Shown here in pieces: positions 41,416-51,868 of a DNA stretch of 55,297 nucleotides (its first letter is position 1; each line of letters begins with the position of its first letter). The position numbers and the translations under genes are program-made. The stretch covers positions 1 to 55,297 of the forward strand of contig JAFIFN010000006.1 of NCBI GenBank assembly GCA_020832005.1. The letters run 5' to 3'. This stretch comes from Gammaproteobacteria bacterium (GTDB lineage: Bacteria; Pseudomonadota; Gammaproteobacteria; Steroidobacterales; PWYM01). Below the pieces are notes generated by a model. It had not been told where the DNA came from. It did not search any database and worked only from the letters and a program-made list of their open reading frames with translations.

Positions 41416-43302
41416 ATGAGATTAGGGCGACTGACCCGCCGGCAGGTGGTGCTTGCGCTGCTGGCCAATTCGGCACTGGCAGCGGCCTGCGGAGCGCCGC
41501 AGGGCGGCCGCGGAGTGCCGGTGACGTTTCGACACGGTGTGGCCAGCGGCGATCCCGGTGTGGACTCGATCGTGTTGTGGACCCGGGTGACGCCATCGCA
41601 GCCGGCCGTCATCGAGGTCGAGTGGGAGCTGGCGCGCGACGCGGAATTTACCGAGGTGCTGGCGGCCGGCCGCACGGCGACGGCCCAGGAGATTGACTAC
41701 ACTGTCAAAACCGTCGTCGAAGGCCTGGCGCCCGGGCAGAGCTACTTCTACCGTTTCCGCAGTGGGGATGCGCGCTCCCCCGTCGGTCGCACGCGAACCC
41801 TGCCGGGAGTCGGCGTCGAGCGCGTCGCGCTGGCGGTGATCTCCTGCTCGCACTTCTCCTTCGGGTTCTACAACGTCTACCGGGATATTGCCCAGCGCGA
41901 TGATCTGGATGCCGTAGTCCATCTGGGCGACTACATCTACGAAAGCAGTGCCGACGAGACCGGTTCTGGCTACGGCGGCGAGCAGGGCCGCAGACTGGGA
42001 CGCGAGCATGACCCCACACACGAGGCCGCGACGCTGGCCGATTACAGGGCGCGCTATGCGCAGTACCGCAGTGATCCTGATCTGCAGGCCGCACACGCAC
42101 GTCTGCCGTTCATTACCGTTTGGGATGACCATGAATCGGCCAACGACTGCTGGATGGAGGGCGCCGAGGCACATGATCCGCTGACCCAGGGGCCCTGGGA
42201 CGTGCGGCGCGACGCATCGCTGCAGGCCTACTATGAGTGGCTGCCCCTGCGTGAACCCGAAGATGGCAGGCCGCTCTACGAGATCGACCGGCGCTACGAC
42301 TTCGGCGATATCGCCTCACTGTACATGGTCGACACGCGCCTGACGGGCAGAACCCGCCAGTTCAGTTATTCCCGGGATCTGGTGTACATACACACGCCGT
42401 TCGATTTTTCTGATCCCGATGCGCCCCGGGCCATCGTCGATGCGCAGGACCTGGCGCTGATTCCCGCCGAGTCCGTGCGCCACGTGAAGACGCCATTCGA
42501 TACCCGCGGCGAGACGCGGGAGCCGGTACTCGACTATGCCAGGATCCAGCAGTTCGAGGCCGAGGGGCTGCCGCCAGGCTTCGAGTACTGGCCCGACACT
42601 CAGCGCACGCGTGAAGAGGTGCTGGCAGACGACGCCAGAGCGATACTCTCCAGCGAACAGGAAGCCTGGCTGGCCCAGGGGATTGATGCGTCAGTAGAGG
42701 CGGGCATCGCCTGGCAGGTGCTGGGCAGCGCGGTGGTCATGGCCAGCATGCCTGCACCCGACTATACCCAGGTGTTTCCGCCCGAGCTGATCGCCGATGC
42801 ACTGGCGGATAATCCCTACACGCAGCACTGGCTGGATCGCACCCGCTACGGACTGCCGATCAGCATGGATGCCTGGGATGGCTATCCGAAGGCACGCGAG
42901 CGCGTCTACGACATGGTGCGCGACAGCAATGCGGACTTTATCGTCGTGTCGGGTGATTCGCACAATTTCTGGATGAACAAGCTTCACGACCAGCGCGATG
43001 GGCGCATCGTGGCCACGGAGTTTGCAACCACCAGCGTCACCTCGATGGGGGGCTATGAGTGGTTCGGTGATGATCCGCGTATCTTCGAGCTCGCCGAGCA
43101 GACCATGACGCGCGAGTGCGAGGACGTCGAGTTTTTTGATGCGCGGCACCGCGGCTATCTGATGCTGGAGATGACGCGCAGCCAGGCCAGGGCGCACTAC
43201 ATCGGCATGGATACCATTGTCACGCGTGAGTACACCGCAAAGACGCTGGCGTCGTTCACGCTGGACAAGGCAACCGGTGGCGCGCGCGCGCCGGCCGCCT
43301 AA
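41416..43302 (+). CDS. phoD: Alkaline phosphatase D family phosphatase (Tat-exported lipoprotein)
   Basis: TRRQ twin-Arg and LAAAC lipobox; FRHGVASGDP, HLGDYIYE, WDDHE.AND, DAWDGY, SGDSH. Confidence 0.92.
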   Translation: MRLGRLTRRQVVLALLANSALAAACGAPQGGRGVPVTFRHGVASGDPGVDSIVLWTRVTPSQPAVIEVEWELARDAEFTEVLAAGRTATAQEIDYTVKTVVEGLAPGQSYFYRFRSGDARSPVGRTRTLPGVGVERVALAVISCSHFSFGFYNVYRDIAQRDDLDAVVHLGDYIYESSADETGSGYGGEQGRRLGREHDPTHEAATLADYRARYAQYRSDPDLQAAHARLPFITVWDDHESANDCWMEGAEAHDPLTQGPWDVRRDASLQAYYEWLPLREPEDGRPLYEIDRRYDFGDIASLYMVDTRLTGRTRQFSYSRDLVYIHTPFDFSDPDAPRAIVDAQDLALIPAESVRHVKTPFDTRGETREPVLDYARIQQFEAEGLPPGFEYWPDTQRTREEVLADDARAILSSEQEAWLAQGIDASVEAGIAWQVLGSAVVMASMPAPDYTQVFPPELIADALADNPYTQHWLDRTRYGLPISMDAWDGYPKARERVYDMVRDSNADFIVVSGDSHNFWMNKLHDQRDGRIVATEFATTSVTSMGGYEWFGDDPRIFELAEQTMTRECEDVEFFDARHRGYLMLEMTRSQARAHYIGMDTIVTREYTAKTLASFTLDKATGGARAPAA

Positions 43303-43345
43303 CCGCTATCCTGTAAGTGAGGCCAGCGGCCAGGCGGCCACGTCG

Positions 43346-43837
43346 TTACTCGCGGGTGAAGTGCGCCGGCACCTGCGGATTCTCGCCGGCCTTGATCCAC
43401 AGGCAGATCTCGTTGCCCCAGGGGTCGCGGAAAGCGGCGTTGTAGCCGTTGAATTCCTTCCAGTAGTGGTTGCGCCACAGCACCTCGGCACCCAGTGAGG
43501 CCGCGGTTTCGAGGATGCGATCGGCTGAATCATCGGCGCTGACGAGTACCCACAGCCGTGCCCTGCGTCCGCTGCCTGCAATGTTGCGCGGTTCGACGCC
43601 GGCGGGATCCGGATAGGGCCGCACGTTGGCGGCGTTGTGGATGCCGATATGCAGATTGCCGTTCTGGCTTTCGCTGCCATCCGGGTTGAGCATGTTGCCA
43701 CCGGGCACGAGGCGGTGGAACACGCCCTTCGGGCGGCCCTCGTTGGTCCAGCCGAAGACCTTGGCGTAGAACTCACCTGCCGCGGCCGGGTCATCCGATG
43801 TCAGGTCGACAAATATCAGTGTGTTGGGATAAGCCAT
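43346..43837 (-). CDS. VOC/glyoxalase-like protein
   Basis: DL.SDDPAAA.EFY..VFGW, FRDPWGNEI.LW. GGAGG Shine-Dalgarno. Confidence 0.8.
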   Translation of the reverse strand: MAYPNTLIFVDLTSDDPAAAGEFYAKVFGWTNEGRPKGVFHRLVPGGNMLNPDGSESQNGNLHIGIHNAANVRPYPDPAGVEPRNIAGSGRRARLWVLVSADDSADRILETAASLGAEVLWRNHYWKEFNGYNAAFRDPWGNEICLWIKAGENPQVPAHFTRE

Positions 43838-43882
43838 GTCTTCAACCTCCTTTGTGATGAGTCTTCTTGCAGAGTCCGTGCA

Positions 43883-45439
43883 TCAAGTCGTTGGCGGTGT
43901 CCCGTATCCGCCACCACCAGGCGTGTGCATGAGGATTTCGTCGCTGGCGTTCATGGCACGCTTCTGCCCGCCCAGCGTGGCTTCGCCATTGATCAGGAAA
44001 GCGCCACTCGCGCCGGGCTCGCCGCCAAACAGCCCTTCCGGGCATGTGTGCAGGCGCGAGGGGATCGCGTTGAGCAACCATTCCTGGTCGGTGCGCATGC
44101 GAAAGCCGATGCGCTGACCATCCCCGCCACGAAAGCGGCCGGCGCCGCCGGTGCCGGGAGCGAGTTCCTTGCAGGTGAACTCGATGGGGATGGAGGCTTC
44201 AAGCACCTCCACCGGCACTGCCGCCACGCCGGTGGGGTAACAGGTCGCCGACAGACCTGGTTTGCCTGCGCGTGCGCCCATACCGCCCGAGTAGTTGAAC
44301 ATCGAACTGGTGAACGGGCGTCCATTTCGGTCGCGCCCCTGGATCTGGATCGTCCACACGGCACCGGAACCTTCCGCGAGGACCCGCTCGGGAACAATCT
44401 GTGAGAGCGCCTTGAGAATCGGGAAGGGCACATACATGCCAACGACATGTCGTGCGTTCAATGGCACCGGGTACTCGGCGTTGATGATGCAGTTGCCGGG
44501 AGCCTTGACCTTGATCGGCGCCAGGCTGCCGGCATTGTTGGGCAGGTCGGGGTTGAGCACGCTGCGGATGGCAAAGGTGCTGTAGGCGTGGGTGTAGGCC
44601 ATGACGACGTTGATGCCACTGCGGCTCGGCGGTGAACTGCCCTCGAAATCAATCGTGATCTCGCCGAGTTCGGTATCCACGCTCACGGCGGTCTTGAGCG
44701 TGATCATCTCGCCGCCGGGTACATCGAAAGTCGTCTCACCATGCGTTGTGCCGGCCGGAAGTTTGCGGATCGCCTCGCGTGTGGCCACCTCCGAACGCGA
44801 GATGATCGCCTCGGAGAGCGCTTCGATATCGCTGAGCCCATAGCGCTCACACATGCCGATCAGGCGTTCACCGCCCATCTTGCCGCTGGAGACCTGCGCC
44901 GAGAGATCGCCGAAGATGGCATCCGGTGTGCGCGTGTTCTGCCGGATGATGCGGTGGAGGGTGGTATTCGGCTTGCCCTGCTCGTAGAGCTTGAGCACCG
45001 GGATCCACAGGCCCTCTTCGTGGATGTCACGCGCACCGGCGCCAACGCCGTAACCACCGATATCCGTGTGGTGGATCGTCGAACCGCAATAGCCGATCAG
45101 CCGCTGTTGATGAAAGATCGGCGTGAGGATCGTGATGTCGAAAAAATGCCCGGCCGACATCCATGGGTCGTTGGTGATCAGCACATCGCCCGGCTGCAGG
45201 TCCTCGGGTGGAATTTCCGCAAGCAGATTCTTCGCCGCCGCGCCCAGCGAGTTGATGTGCCCCGGCGTGCCGGTCACAGCCTGGGCCACCATGCGGGCCT
45301 TTGCATCGAACAGTGCTGTCGCCAGATCGCCAGCTTCCCTGACGATCGGGCTGAAAGCGATGCGCTGCAGTGCCTTGGCCTGTTCACTGACGATACTGAC
45401 CAGGTTGCTCCAGAGAATTTCCAGCTGGATTCCGTCCAT
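43883..45439 (-). CDS. Hydantoinase B / oxoprolinase family subunit
   Basis: FSPIVREAGD, PGDVLITNDPW...GH..D, HHTDIGG, EEGL, GGAG..RGGDG, TPGGGGYG. Confidence 0.92.
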   Translation of the reverse strand: MDGIQLEILWSNLVSIVSEQAKALQRIAFSPIVREAGDLATALFDAKARMVAQAVTGTPGHINSLGAAAKNLLAEIPPEDLQPGDVLITNDPWMSAGHFFDITILTPIFHQQRLIGYCGSTIHHTDIGGYGVGAGARDIHEEGLWIPVLKLYEQGKPNTTLHRIIRQNTRTPDAIFGDLSAQVSSGKMGGERLIGMCERYGLSDIEALSEAIISRSEVATREAIRKLPAGTTHGETTFDVPGGEMITLKTAVSVDTELGEITIDFEGSSPPSRSGINVVMAYTHAYSTFAIRSVLNPDLPNNAGSLAPIKVKAPGNCIINAEYPVPLNARHVVGMYVPFPILKALSQIVPERVLAEGSGAVWTIQIQGRDRNGRPFTSSMFNYSGGMGARAGKPGLSATCYPTGVAAVPVEVLEASIPIEFTCKELAPGTGGAGRFRGGDGQRIGFRMRTDQEWLLNAIPSRLHTCPEGLFGGEPGASGAFLINGEATLGGQKRAMNASDEILMHTPGGGGYGTPPTT

Positions 45440-45451
45440 GTCGATGTTCTC

Positions 45452-47521
45452 CTAGTCGCTGTCGCGGGTCGCGATCAGGCTGCCGTCGGGGTGGACCTCG
45501 AGCTGCCAGCCAGTGAGCACGAAGACGGTGGTTTCACGCTCCTCGACGATCACGGGTCCGTCGATCTGCTGGCCGGCGGCCAGCGAGCGGCGGTCATAAA
45601 CCGGTACCTCGACCGTCGTGCCATCGAGGTGCACGCTGCGCCGACCCTTGGGCTGGCCCGGCGCACTCGCCAGTGCCACGGTTGCCGTACGCGCGCTGTC
45701 GCCGCCACGCGCGGTCAGGCGCCAGCTGACGATCTCGACATCCATGTCGGCCAGCCGCACACCGTAGAGTGCCTCGTAGGCGGTCTCGAAGTGCGCGCGC
45801 AATGCGTCCGTGTCGGCGCTGCCTCGCGGGTCCTGGGGCAGACGGGTGGTGACCTCGTTCTGCTGACCGAAGTAACGCGCATCGCAGGCGAACTCATAAT
45901 GGATCTGATCCCGCGGCAGTCCAGCCTCTGTCAGGGCCTCTGCGCCTTCCTCGATCATCTCGTTGATGATGCGATCAACCTCGGACCACTGCAGGTCACT
46001 GAGCCGGCACAGACCGCCGCGGACCAGATCCAGGCGCACGGGTGTGACCAATGTGCCGAATGCGCTGAGCACGCTGGCCATCGCCGGATAGATCACCCGG
46101 GCACTGTCGAGGCTCTCGGCGACATAACAGGCATGCACCGGACCCGCACCGCCAAAGGCCAGCAGTGGCAGACCGCGGTAGTTGACCCCGCGATCGGTGG
46201 CGTGTGTGCGTGCAGCGGCCGCCATCGATTCGCCAACGACACTGAACACGCCCCAGGCGGCCTCGACTGCCGAGACGCCGAGTTCATCGGCCAGCTGCTG
46301 CAGGGCTTCGTGGGCACGAGCGGCGTTGAGCCGCATGTCGCCGCCGAGGAAGTTGTCCGGATCGAGAATGCCGAGCATCACGTCGGCGTCGGTAACGCAG
46401 GCCTGTGTGCCACCGCGGTCATAACAGGCCGGCCCCGGATCCGAGCCCGCGCTCTGCGGTCCCACCTTGAGCAGCCCGAGTTCGTCGATCCGGGCGATCG
46501 AACCGCCGCCGGCACCGATCTCGATCATGTCGATCGAGGGGACTGTCACCGGAATGCCGCTGCCGGGCTTGAGCAGATACTGGCGGTCGACCTCGAACTC
46601 GCCGACCACCAGCGGCTCGGCGTTCTGTATCAGGCAGGCCTTGGCCGTCGTGCCCCCCATGTCGAAAGAGATCAGGCTGTCGATGCCGTGCCGTCGGGCC
46701 ATGTAGGCGGCCACCAGCGCACCGGCTGCCGGACCCGATTCGATCATGCGTACCGGGTAGACACTGGCGATACGCGCCCCGACCACGCCGCCGTTCGACA
46801 GCATGATCAGCGGTTCCTGGGTCACGCCTGCCGCGCGGAGGCGCTCACTCAGGGCGTGCAGGTAGGGGCGTGTGACGGGGACTGCGTAGGCGTTGACGGC
46901 GGTTGTGCTGGCACGCAGGTACTCGCGCATCTGCGGTGCGACATCGCTGGACAGCGTGACGATGATCTCGGGCGCGACCTGTGCGAGCACATCGCGCACG
47001 CGTCGCTCGTTGGTGGGATTGCGATAGCTGTTGAGCAGGCAGACCGCGACCGAGGTGACGCCATTGGCCTGCAGTTCCGCTGCGACACGGCCCACCTCCT
47101 GGTCATCGATTTCCACGCCGATGCTGCCGTCGGCGTAACTGCGCTCGCGCAGCCCCCAGGTCAGATGCTCGGGAATCAGCGGCTCGGCATACTCGATCTG
47201 CGGGTCGAACATGTCGAATCGATGTTCGTCGCGGATGTACAGGACACTGCGGAATCCTTCTGTGACGATCAGCGCCGTGGGCTGTCCCTTGCGCTCGATG
47301 AGCACATTGGTTACGACGGTCGTTGCATGCACCACGACATCATCAACCTGCGCCAGCGCGATGTCGGCGCGCGCCAGTACCTGGTCGGCTGCGCGGAAGA
47401 ATCCCTCCAGCAGGTCGTGATGGGTAGTCAGGGTCTTGTCGGTCCAGACGCGTCCATCGTCGCGAACCAGGACCACGTCGGTGAATGTTCCGCCGATATC
47501 GATTGCCAGTGCGTGTTTCAT
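45452..47521 (-). CDS. Hydantoinase A / oxoprolinase family subunit (ATP-dependent)
   Basis: IDIGGTFTD, HATT..TN, ESGPAAG, FDMGGTT, IGAGGGS, GPQSAGSDPGPACY, AFGGAG. Start MKHAL overlaps the IclR stop (ATGA). Confidence 0.93.
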   Translation of the reverse strand: MKHALAIDIGGTFTDVVLVRDDGRVWTDKTLTTHHDLLEGFFRAADQVLARADIALAQVDDVVVHATTVVTNVLIERKGQPTALIVTEGFRSVLYIRDEHRFDMFDPQIEYAEPLIPEHLTWGLRERSYADGSIGVEIDDQEVGRVAAELQANGVTSVAVCLLNSYRNPTNERRVRDVLAQVAPEIIVTLSSDVAPQMREYLRASTTAVNAYAVPVTRPYLHALSERLRAAGVTQEPLIMLSNGGVVGARIASVYPVRMIESGPAAGALVAAYMARRHGIDSLISFDMGGTTAKACLIQNAEPLVVGEFEVDRQYLLKPGSGIPVTVPSIDMIEIGAGGGSIARIDELGLLKVGPQSAGSDPGPACYDRGGTQACVTDADVMLGILDPDNFLGGDMRLNAARAHEALQQLADELGVSAVEAAWGVFSVVGESMAAAARTHATDRGVNYRGLPLLAFGGAGPVHACYVAESLDSARVIYPAMASVLSAFGTLVTPVRLDLVRGGLCRLSDLQWSEVDRIINEMIEEGAEALTEAGLPRDQIHYEFACDARYFGQQNEVTTRLPQDPRGSADTDALRAHFETAYEALYGVRLADMDVEIVSWRLTARGGDSARTATVALASAPGQPKGRRSVHLDGTTVEVPVYDRRSLAAGQQIDGPVIVEERETTVFVLTGWQLEVHPDGSLIATRDSD

Positions 47522-48297
47522 CTTTTTTCCAGATGTTTGGTGTATCCGAGTCGATGGGAGATTTCCCCTGCTGCAGTTGTCAGCGCGGAAACCAGTGCGC
47601 CGTCGGGTTGCGGGCTGACGTACTGAACCGAGCCGACAACTGCGATCGTGCCGCACACCTTGCCGCCGGCATCGAATACCGGGGCGGCCAGCGCATTGAC
47701 GCCAAGCAAAACCGTCTCAGGTGCCACTGCCCAGCCCTGCGCTTGAATCTGCGCAAGTTCCTTACGCAGCTGCGCGGCTGAAGGCAGCGGCCGGCGGCCG
47801 GCGGATCCCGTAGCCTTGTGATCCACTGCGCTCGAACCCGGTACGGCACCGAAGGCCAGCGCGACCTTGCCCTGTGCGGAGCTGTGAAAGGCAAACAGCG
47901 TGCCCGGAGGGGTGGTGATCTGAATGGCCGAGCGATGGCGCAGGATCTCCACGACGCGTATGCCATCTTCCTCGATCACGCCGATGGCTACGGTCTGCTG
48001 GATCATGTCGCGCAGCGCAGGCAAAACGGTGCGTGCCTCACGCACGAACGATGTTTTCTCCGGAATTGACTGGCTTAAGTGAAACAGCCGCAGACTGAGC
48101 TGATATTTATCGCTTGCGGGGTCCTGCATGACGTAGCGACGCTCCAGCAGCGTACGCAGGTGGCGATAGACGCGCGGCTTGGTACTGCCGATCGCGCTTG
48201 CGATCTCGCTGACGCCCAGCGGCCCGTCAGCATCGGCAAGCTGCTCGATGATGCTCAAGGTCGTGAGCACCGCATCTATCGGCTCATGCTCTGCCAC
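47518..48297 (-). CDS. IclR family transcriptional regulator
   Basis: HTH GVSEIA.AIG..KPRVYRHL.TL; effector domain H.SAQGKV.LAF, LAAPVFD. The GTG start is inferred. Confidence 0.88.
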   Translation of the reverse strand: MAEHEPIDAVLTTLSIIEQLADADGPLGVSEIASAIGSTKPRVYRHLRTLLERRYVMQDPASDKYQLSLRLFHLSQSIPEKTSFVREARTVLPALRDMIQQTVAIGVIEEDGIRVVEILRHRSAIQITTPPGTLFAFHSSAQGKVALAFGAVPGSSAVDHKATGSAGRRPLPSAAQLRKELAQIQAQGWAVAPETVLLGVNALAAPVFDAGGKVCGTIAVVGSVQYVSPQPDGALVSALTTAAGEISHRLGYTKHLEKR

Positions 48298-48316
48298 GCA
48301 GGGAGACCGCAACCGA

Positions 48317-48694
48317 TCAGCGATCAACGAAGTCCGCCGCCTGGTAGTCGACCAGGTGGCGATAGTCGTCGCGGATTGGTGAGAAGACATCGAGATTGTG
48401 CACCGGCTCGTCGCCGATCGGTTCGCCGCAGTGCTCCACATCCGGGGGAATGCGCAGCACGCTGCCGGGACCGGCCTCAACAACGTCATCGCCGATGCTA
48501 AAGCGGATGCGCCCCTTGACGATGTAGACCACCTGCTCGAACGGATGACTGTGGGGTCTGACTTCCATGCCCGGCTGCAACCAGTTCATGACCATCAGCA
48601 CGTTGTCGCCACGAAACGCACAGCGACTGACACCCGGACGTACGTGTTCTTTCTCCAGCGTGTCCCAGTTGTACACCTGTGTCTTGGCTCTCAT
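48317..48694 (-). CDS. Cupin domain protein
   Basis: PHSHPFEQ....G and IPPDVEH cupin metal motifs; DVFSP.R.DY. Confidence 0.88.
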   Translation of the reverse strand: MRAKTQVYNWDTLEKEHVRPGVSRCAFRGDNVLMVMNWLQPGMEVRPHSHPFEQVVYIVKGRIRFSIGDDVVEAGPGSVLRIPPDVEHCGEPIGDEPVHNLDVFSPIRDDYRHLVDYQAADFVDR

Positions 48695-48803
48695 CAGGCG
48701 GGATCCCCCGTAGGTTCAAGTGGCGCGATCGAGCCGCAGCCGACGTCATGCGCAGGCGCAGTTAACCGGCATGGGCGTTTCGCTAGGCGAAACATCATTT
48801 TGT

Positions 48804-48843
48804 TTGTTGATACGATGAACTATTTGCTAGACTCCGTCAACAA
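48804..48843. promoter_or_regulatory. AT-rich overlapping divergent promoter/operator region between the cupin operon and the AraC gene
   Basis: TTGTTGA...TCAACAA inverted repeat; TTGACG (-35-like) on the - strand; TGcTAGACT (extended -10-like) on the + strand. Confidence 0.4.
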
Positions 48844-48908
48844 GTGACGCCTGGCCTGAATCCACTCGCGTCGAGTTTCAGGATGGCGCGGCTGCCGACC
48901 ACTGGGGA

Positions 48909-49913
48909 GTGCATGTGTTAGCTGTCGACTCACAGGTCACCCGCCCTTTCGCCGAGCGCGTGAAGAGCTGGAATCTCAGTACCGCGCCGTTTCCCGCGGC
49001 CGAGCGCAGGCGTGTATGGTCAGACGCCATGCACCGCATCTGTCTGCCCATCGGGCAGATGGGTGAGCCCGAGCAGTTTCAGGGGCGACTGTCCTGCCTC
49101 GTCTCGCCGCTGGGTGTGGAGTTCGCGCTGGTCGAGGCCGATGCACTGGAAATCTCCGGACGTTACCCGACACAGCAGCCAGCCATCTGGCTGACACTGT
49201 TGCTCGAAGGCCGTGCGGAGGTCATGAACAAGGGCCGACGCATCGAGATTCTGCCGGGCGATATGCTTTACGGCCCCACTGGCGTGGATGCCAGCCTGCG
49301 CTTCGTCACGCCGTTTCGACAGTTGTTCATCAAGGCCCCCCGGACTGCGCTCAACCCGCGCTTCGTTGCACCGTTTTCGTCTGATATCGGCTACATCGAG
49401 GGCCGGCGCGGCATCTCGCGTGTGTTCTCGGGCATGCTGGCCGCGCTGGCAAGTGCGTTGGATGATGTGCAGCCGGAAGAGTTGTGTGCCGTAGAGATTG
49501 CCTTAACGGAGTTCTTCGTGACCTGCGTGGCAACTGGTGAACAGTCCAGTGGCTCACTCAACGGCAGCAACGGTGCACGGGCTGCCTGTCTGCAACGTGT
49601 CTGCCAAAGCATCGAGACGCGCCTTGGCGACCCGGATCTCAATCTCGCGGCTGTGGCGCGCGAACACGGGGTCTCGCCGAGGTATCTGCAGAAGCTCTTC
49701 GCGCTGGCGGACAAGACCTTCAGCAGTTACGTACGTACCCGACGACTCGAGCGCTGCCGCGCGGATCTCATCAATCCGGTCTACGCCCGCATGTCCATTT
49801 CAGAAATCTGCTTCCGCTGGGGTTTCAACTGCTCATCGCACTTCAGTCGGGCGTTTCGTGAGCAGTATCAGAGTTCACCTCGTCAATATCGACGCTCGAC
49901 CAGCACCGCGTAG
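48909..49913 (+). CDS. AraC family transcriptional regulator (FeaR-like)
   Basis: C-terminal double HTH: VAREHGVSPRYLQKLF, RRLERCR.DL, SISEICFRWGFN.SSHFSRAFR. Start is 48909 or 48915. Confidence 0.92.
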   Translation: MHVLAVDSQVTRPFAERVKSWNLSTAPFPAAERRRVWSDAMHRICLPIGQMGEPEQFQGRLSCLVSPLGVEFALVEADALEISGRYPTQQPAIWLTLLLEGRAEVMNKGRRIEILPGDMLYGPTGVDASLRFVTPFRQLFIKAPRTALNPRFVAPFSSDIGYIEGRRGISRVFSGMLAALASALDDVQPEELCAVEIALTEFFVTCVATGEQSSGSLNGSNGARAACLQRVCQSIETRLGDPDLNLAAVAREHGVSPRYLQKLFALADKTFSSYVRTRRLERCRADLINPVYARMSISEICFRWGFNCSSHFSRAFREQYQSSPRQYRRSTSTA

Positions 49914-49949
49914 GGTACGTCTACGCAGCCCGCTTAAGGAGATACTCCA

Positions 49950-51215
49950 GTGACGGATCACAATCGACCCATCCGCAGATGGGTGGGCTTCGCGCTGGTC
50001 AGCGCGTTTTTCTTCCTGATCACCGCAGGCACGTTCTCGTCGCTGGGCGTTGTGCTGCCCTACATGATTGCCGAATTCTCCTGGACCTGGTCACAGGCCG
50101 GTACAGGATTTTCGCTGTTCGCATTGATGGTGGGTCTTGCCGGTACAGCCCCTGCGTGGGTGCTCAAACGATTCGGCACCCAGAGCAGCTTTGGCCTGGG
50201 CGGCCTGCTCATGACCGCAGGCTTTGCGCTGCTCGCGATGGCGCCGGGACTGGCCCAGTACTATGCGGGTGTTTTGCTGCTGGGCGTTGGCTACGCACTG
50301 TGTGCCGCGGTGCCCGGGATTCACGTCATCAACAACTGGCTTCCCGAGCGGCGATCGTTCGCGATCGGTGCCTACATGATGATCGGTGGCCTCGGTGCGG
50401 TGGCCGGTCCGCTGATCGTCACCAGCGTCATTGCCGTCACCGACTCGTGGCGCGTGCACTGGTGGACGATGGCGATCGCCATGACTTCCCTGGCGATCCT
50501 GGCACTGATCTTCGTGCGCGATCGGCCAAGTGCGCCGGATGGCGAGGCCGAGGCGCAGACGCCTGCCGAAGAGAAGTCTTCCCGGGTTTTCACGACAAGC
50601 TCGGACTGGACCTTCCGCGAAGCCGTGCGTACGCCGCAGTACTACGTCATCGTCATCGCATTGTCGATGACGCTGATGTGTACCTTGACGATGAACAGTT
50701 GGGCGTTCACCCACATGACGGCGTTGAATATCCCTGCGGGATTTGCCGCCGGCGCGCTGGCTGCCAACGGTGCCGTGAACGCCATGTCGCGTCTGGCCGG
50801 CGGCGCACTGGCCACCCGTATCGACCCCAAGTGGCTGCTGTTCGGCGCGCTGTGCTTCGAGGCCGTAGGCATGGTGGCCCTGTCGGTTGCGAGCAATCCG
50901 GTGGCCATCGCCTTTTTTGTCGTCGGTGAAGGAGTTGGCTTCGGGGTGGTGTTCTTCGCCACTGCCATGCTGCTGGTGAATTACTTTGGCACCACGCACA
51001 ACCCGATCATATTCGGCACCATGAACATGATCACCACCATCGCGATGGTCGGTCCGATTATCGCCGGCCTGATGGCCGAGTCCTTCGGCACCTTCGCACT
51101 GACCTACCAGGTCTTTGCCTTGATGCTGGTCGTGATGGCAGTGATCGTCGGCGTGATGCGCCCGCCGCAGCGAAAGCAGGCGGTACCCGCCGGCACTGAT
51201 GAGGCGACGGCCTGA
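49950..51215 (+). CDS. Major facilitator superfamily transporter
   Basis: About 12 TM helices in two halves, NNW.PERR..A.G, NYFG. AAGGAG Shine-Dalgarno with a GTG start. Confidence 0.9.
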   Translation: MTDHNRPIRRWVGFALVSAFFFLITAGTFSSLGVVLPYMIAEFSWTWSQAGTGFSLFALMVGLAGTAPAWVLKRFGTQSSFGLGGLLMTAGFALLAMAPGLAQYYAGVLLLGVGYALCAAVPGIHVINNWLPERRSFAIGAYMMIGGLGAVAGPLIVTSVIAVTDSWRVHWWTMAIAMTSLAILALIFVRDRPSAPDGEAEAQTPAEEKSSRVFTTSSDWTFREAVRTPQYYVIVIALSMTLMCTLTMNSWAFTHMTALNIPAGFAAGALAANGAVNAMSRLAGGALATRIDPKWLLFGALCFEAVGMVALSVASNPVAIAFFVVGEGVGFGVVFFATAMLLVNYFGTTHNPIIFGTMNMITTIAMVGPIIAGLMAESFGTFALTYQVFALMLVVMAVIVGVMRPPQRKQAVPAGTDEATA

Positions 51216-51248
51216 GGGTGGGGCCTGACTGTGGGGCCTCGGGGCGTG

Positions 51249-51737
51249 TCAGGCAGGGGTCGCGGCGAGTTCGCGATAGCCGCCGCCGTGGAACAGCAGT
51301 GGCTGGCCGTCGCGCAGCTCGCAGCTCAGCACACGACCGACGATGATCACATGATCGCCGGCATCAAATCGGGCATGGGTTTCACACTGGTACAGCGCGA
51401 GGAAGTCTTTGAGTGTGGGAACCGCGCCGATGCCATCGGTATAGTCGATGCCCGAAAACTTGTCTTCGCGGTCCACCGCAAAGTGGTTGGACATGTCCTG
51501 CTGCCCGGCATGCAGTACATGAATGGCAAAATGTGCTGCCTCGTGAAACGCCGGGAATGGCAGAATCGTCTTGTTGACGCACCAAAGTATCAATGGCGGA
51601 TTCGCCGAGACAGAGGTAAAGCTGTTGACCGTCATGGCGACCGGTCGTGCCTGCGCATTGGCGCAAGTGACAATGGTGACACCGGTGGCGAACTGGCCCA
51701 TTGCCTGCCGGAACTGGGCTTCACTGATCTGGGTCAT
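51249..51737 (-). CDS. Flavin reductase (HpaC/RutF-like)
   Basis: FRQAMGQFATGVTIVT, MTVNSFTSVS..PPL, AGDHVI.VG.V, PLLF..GGY. Confidence 0.92.
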   Translation of the reverse strand: MTQISEAQFRQAMGQFATGVTIVTCANAQARPVAMTVNSFTSVSANPPLILWCVNKTILPFPAFHEAAHFAIHVLHAGQQDMSNHFAVDREDKFSGIDYTDGIGAVPTLKDFLALYQCETHARFDAGDHVIIVGRVLSCELRDGQPLLFHGGGYRELAATPA

Positions 51738-51868
51738 GGAGTACTCTGCCTTGGGATTCGGGACAGGATGATAACCGTGCCGCGGCTGGCGACCAAGTCG
51801 ACTGTGCATGGTCGCGGTCGTCGCCCGAGTGCACCATGCCGCATCGCCCTTTGTTTTCGCGAGCGCTC

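Noticed and set aside
44741-47626. 961-aa ORF on the + strand
   Set aside because: It is an antisense shadow of the hydantoinase A/B genes, typical of GC-rich codon usage, with no domain motifs.
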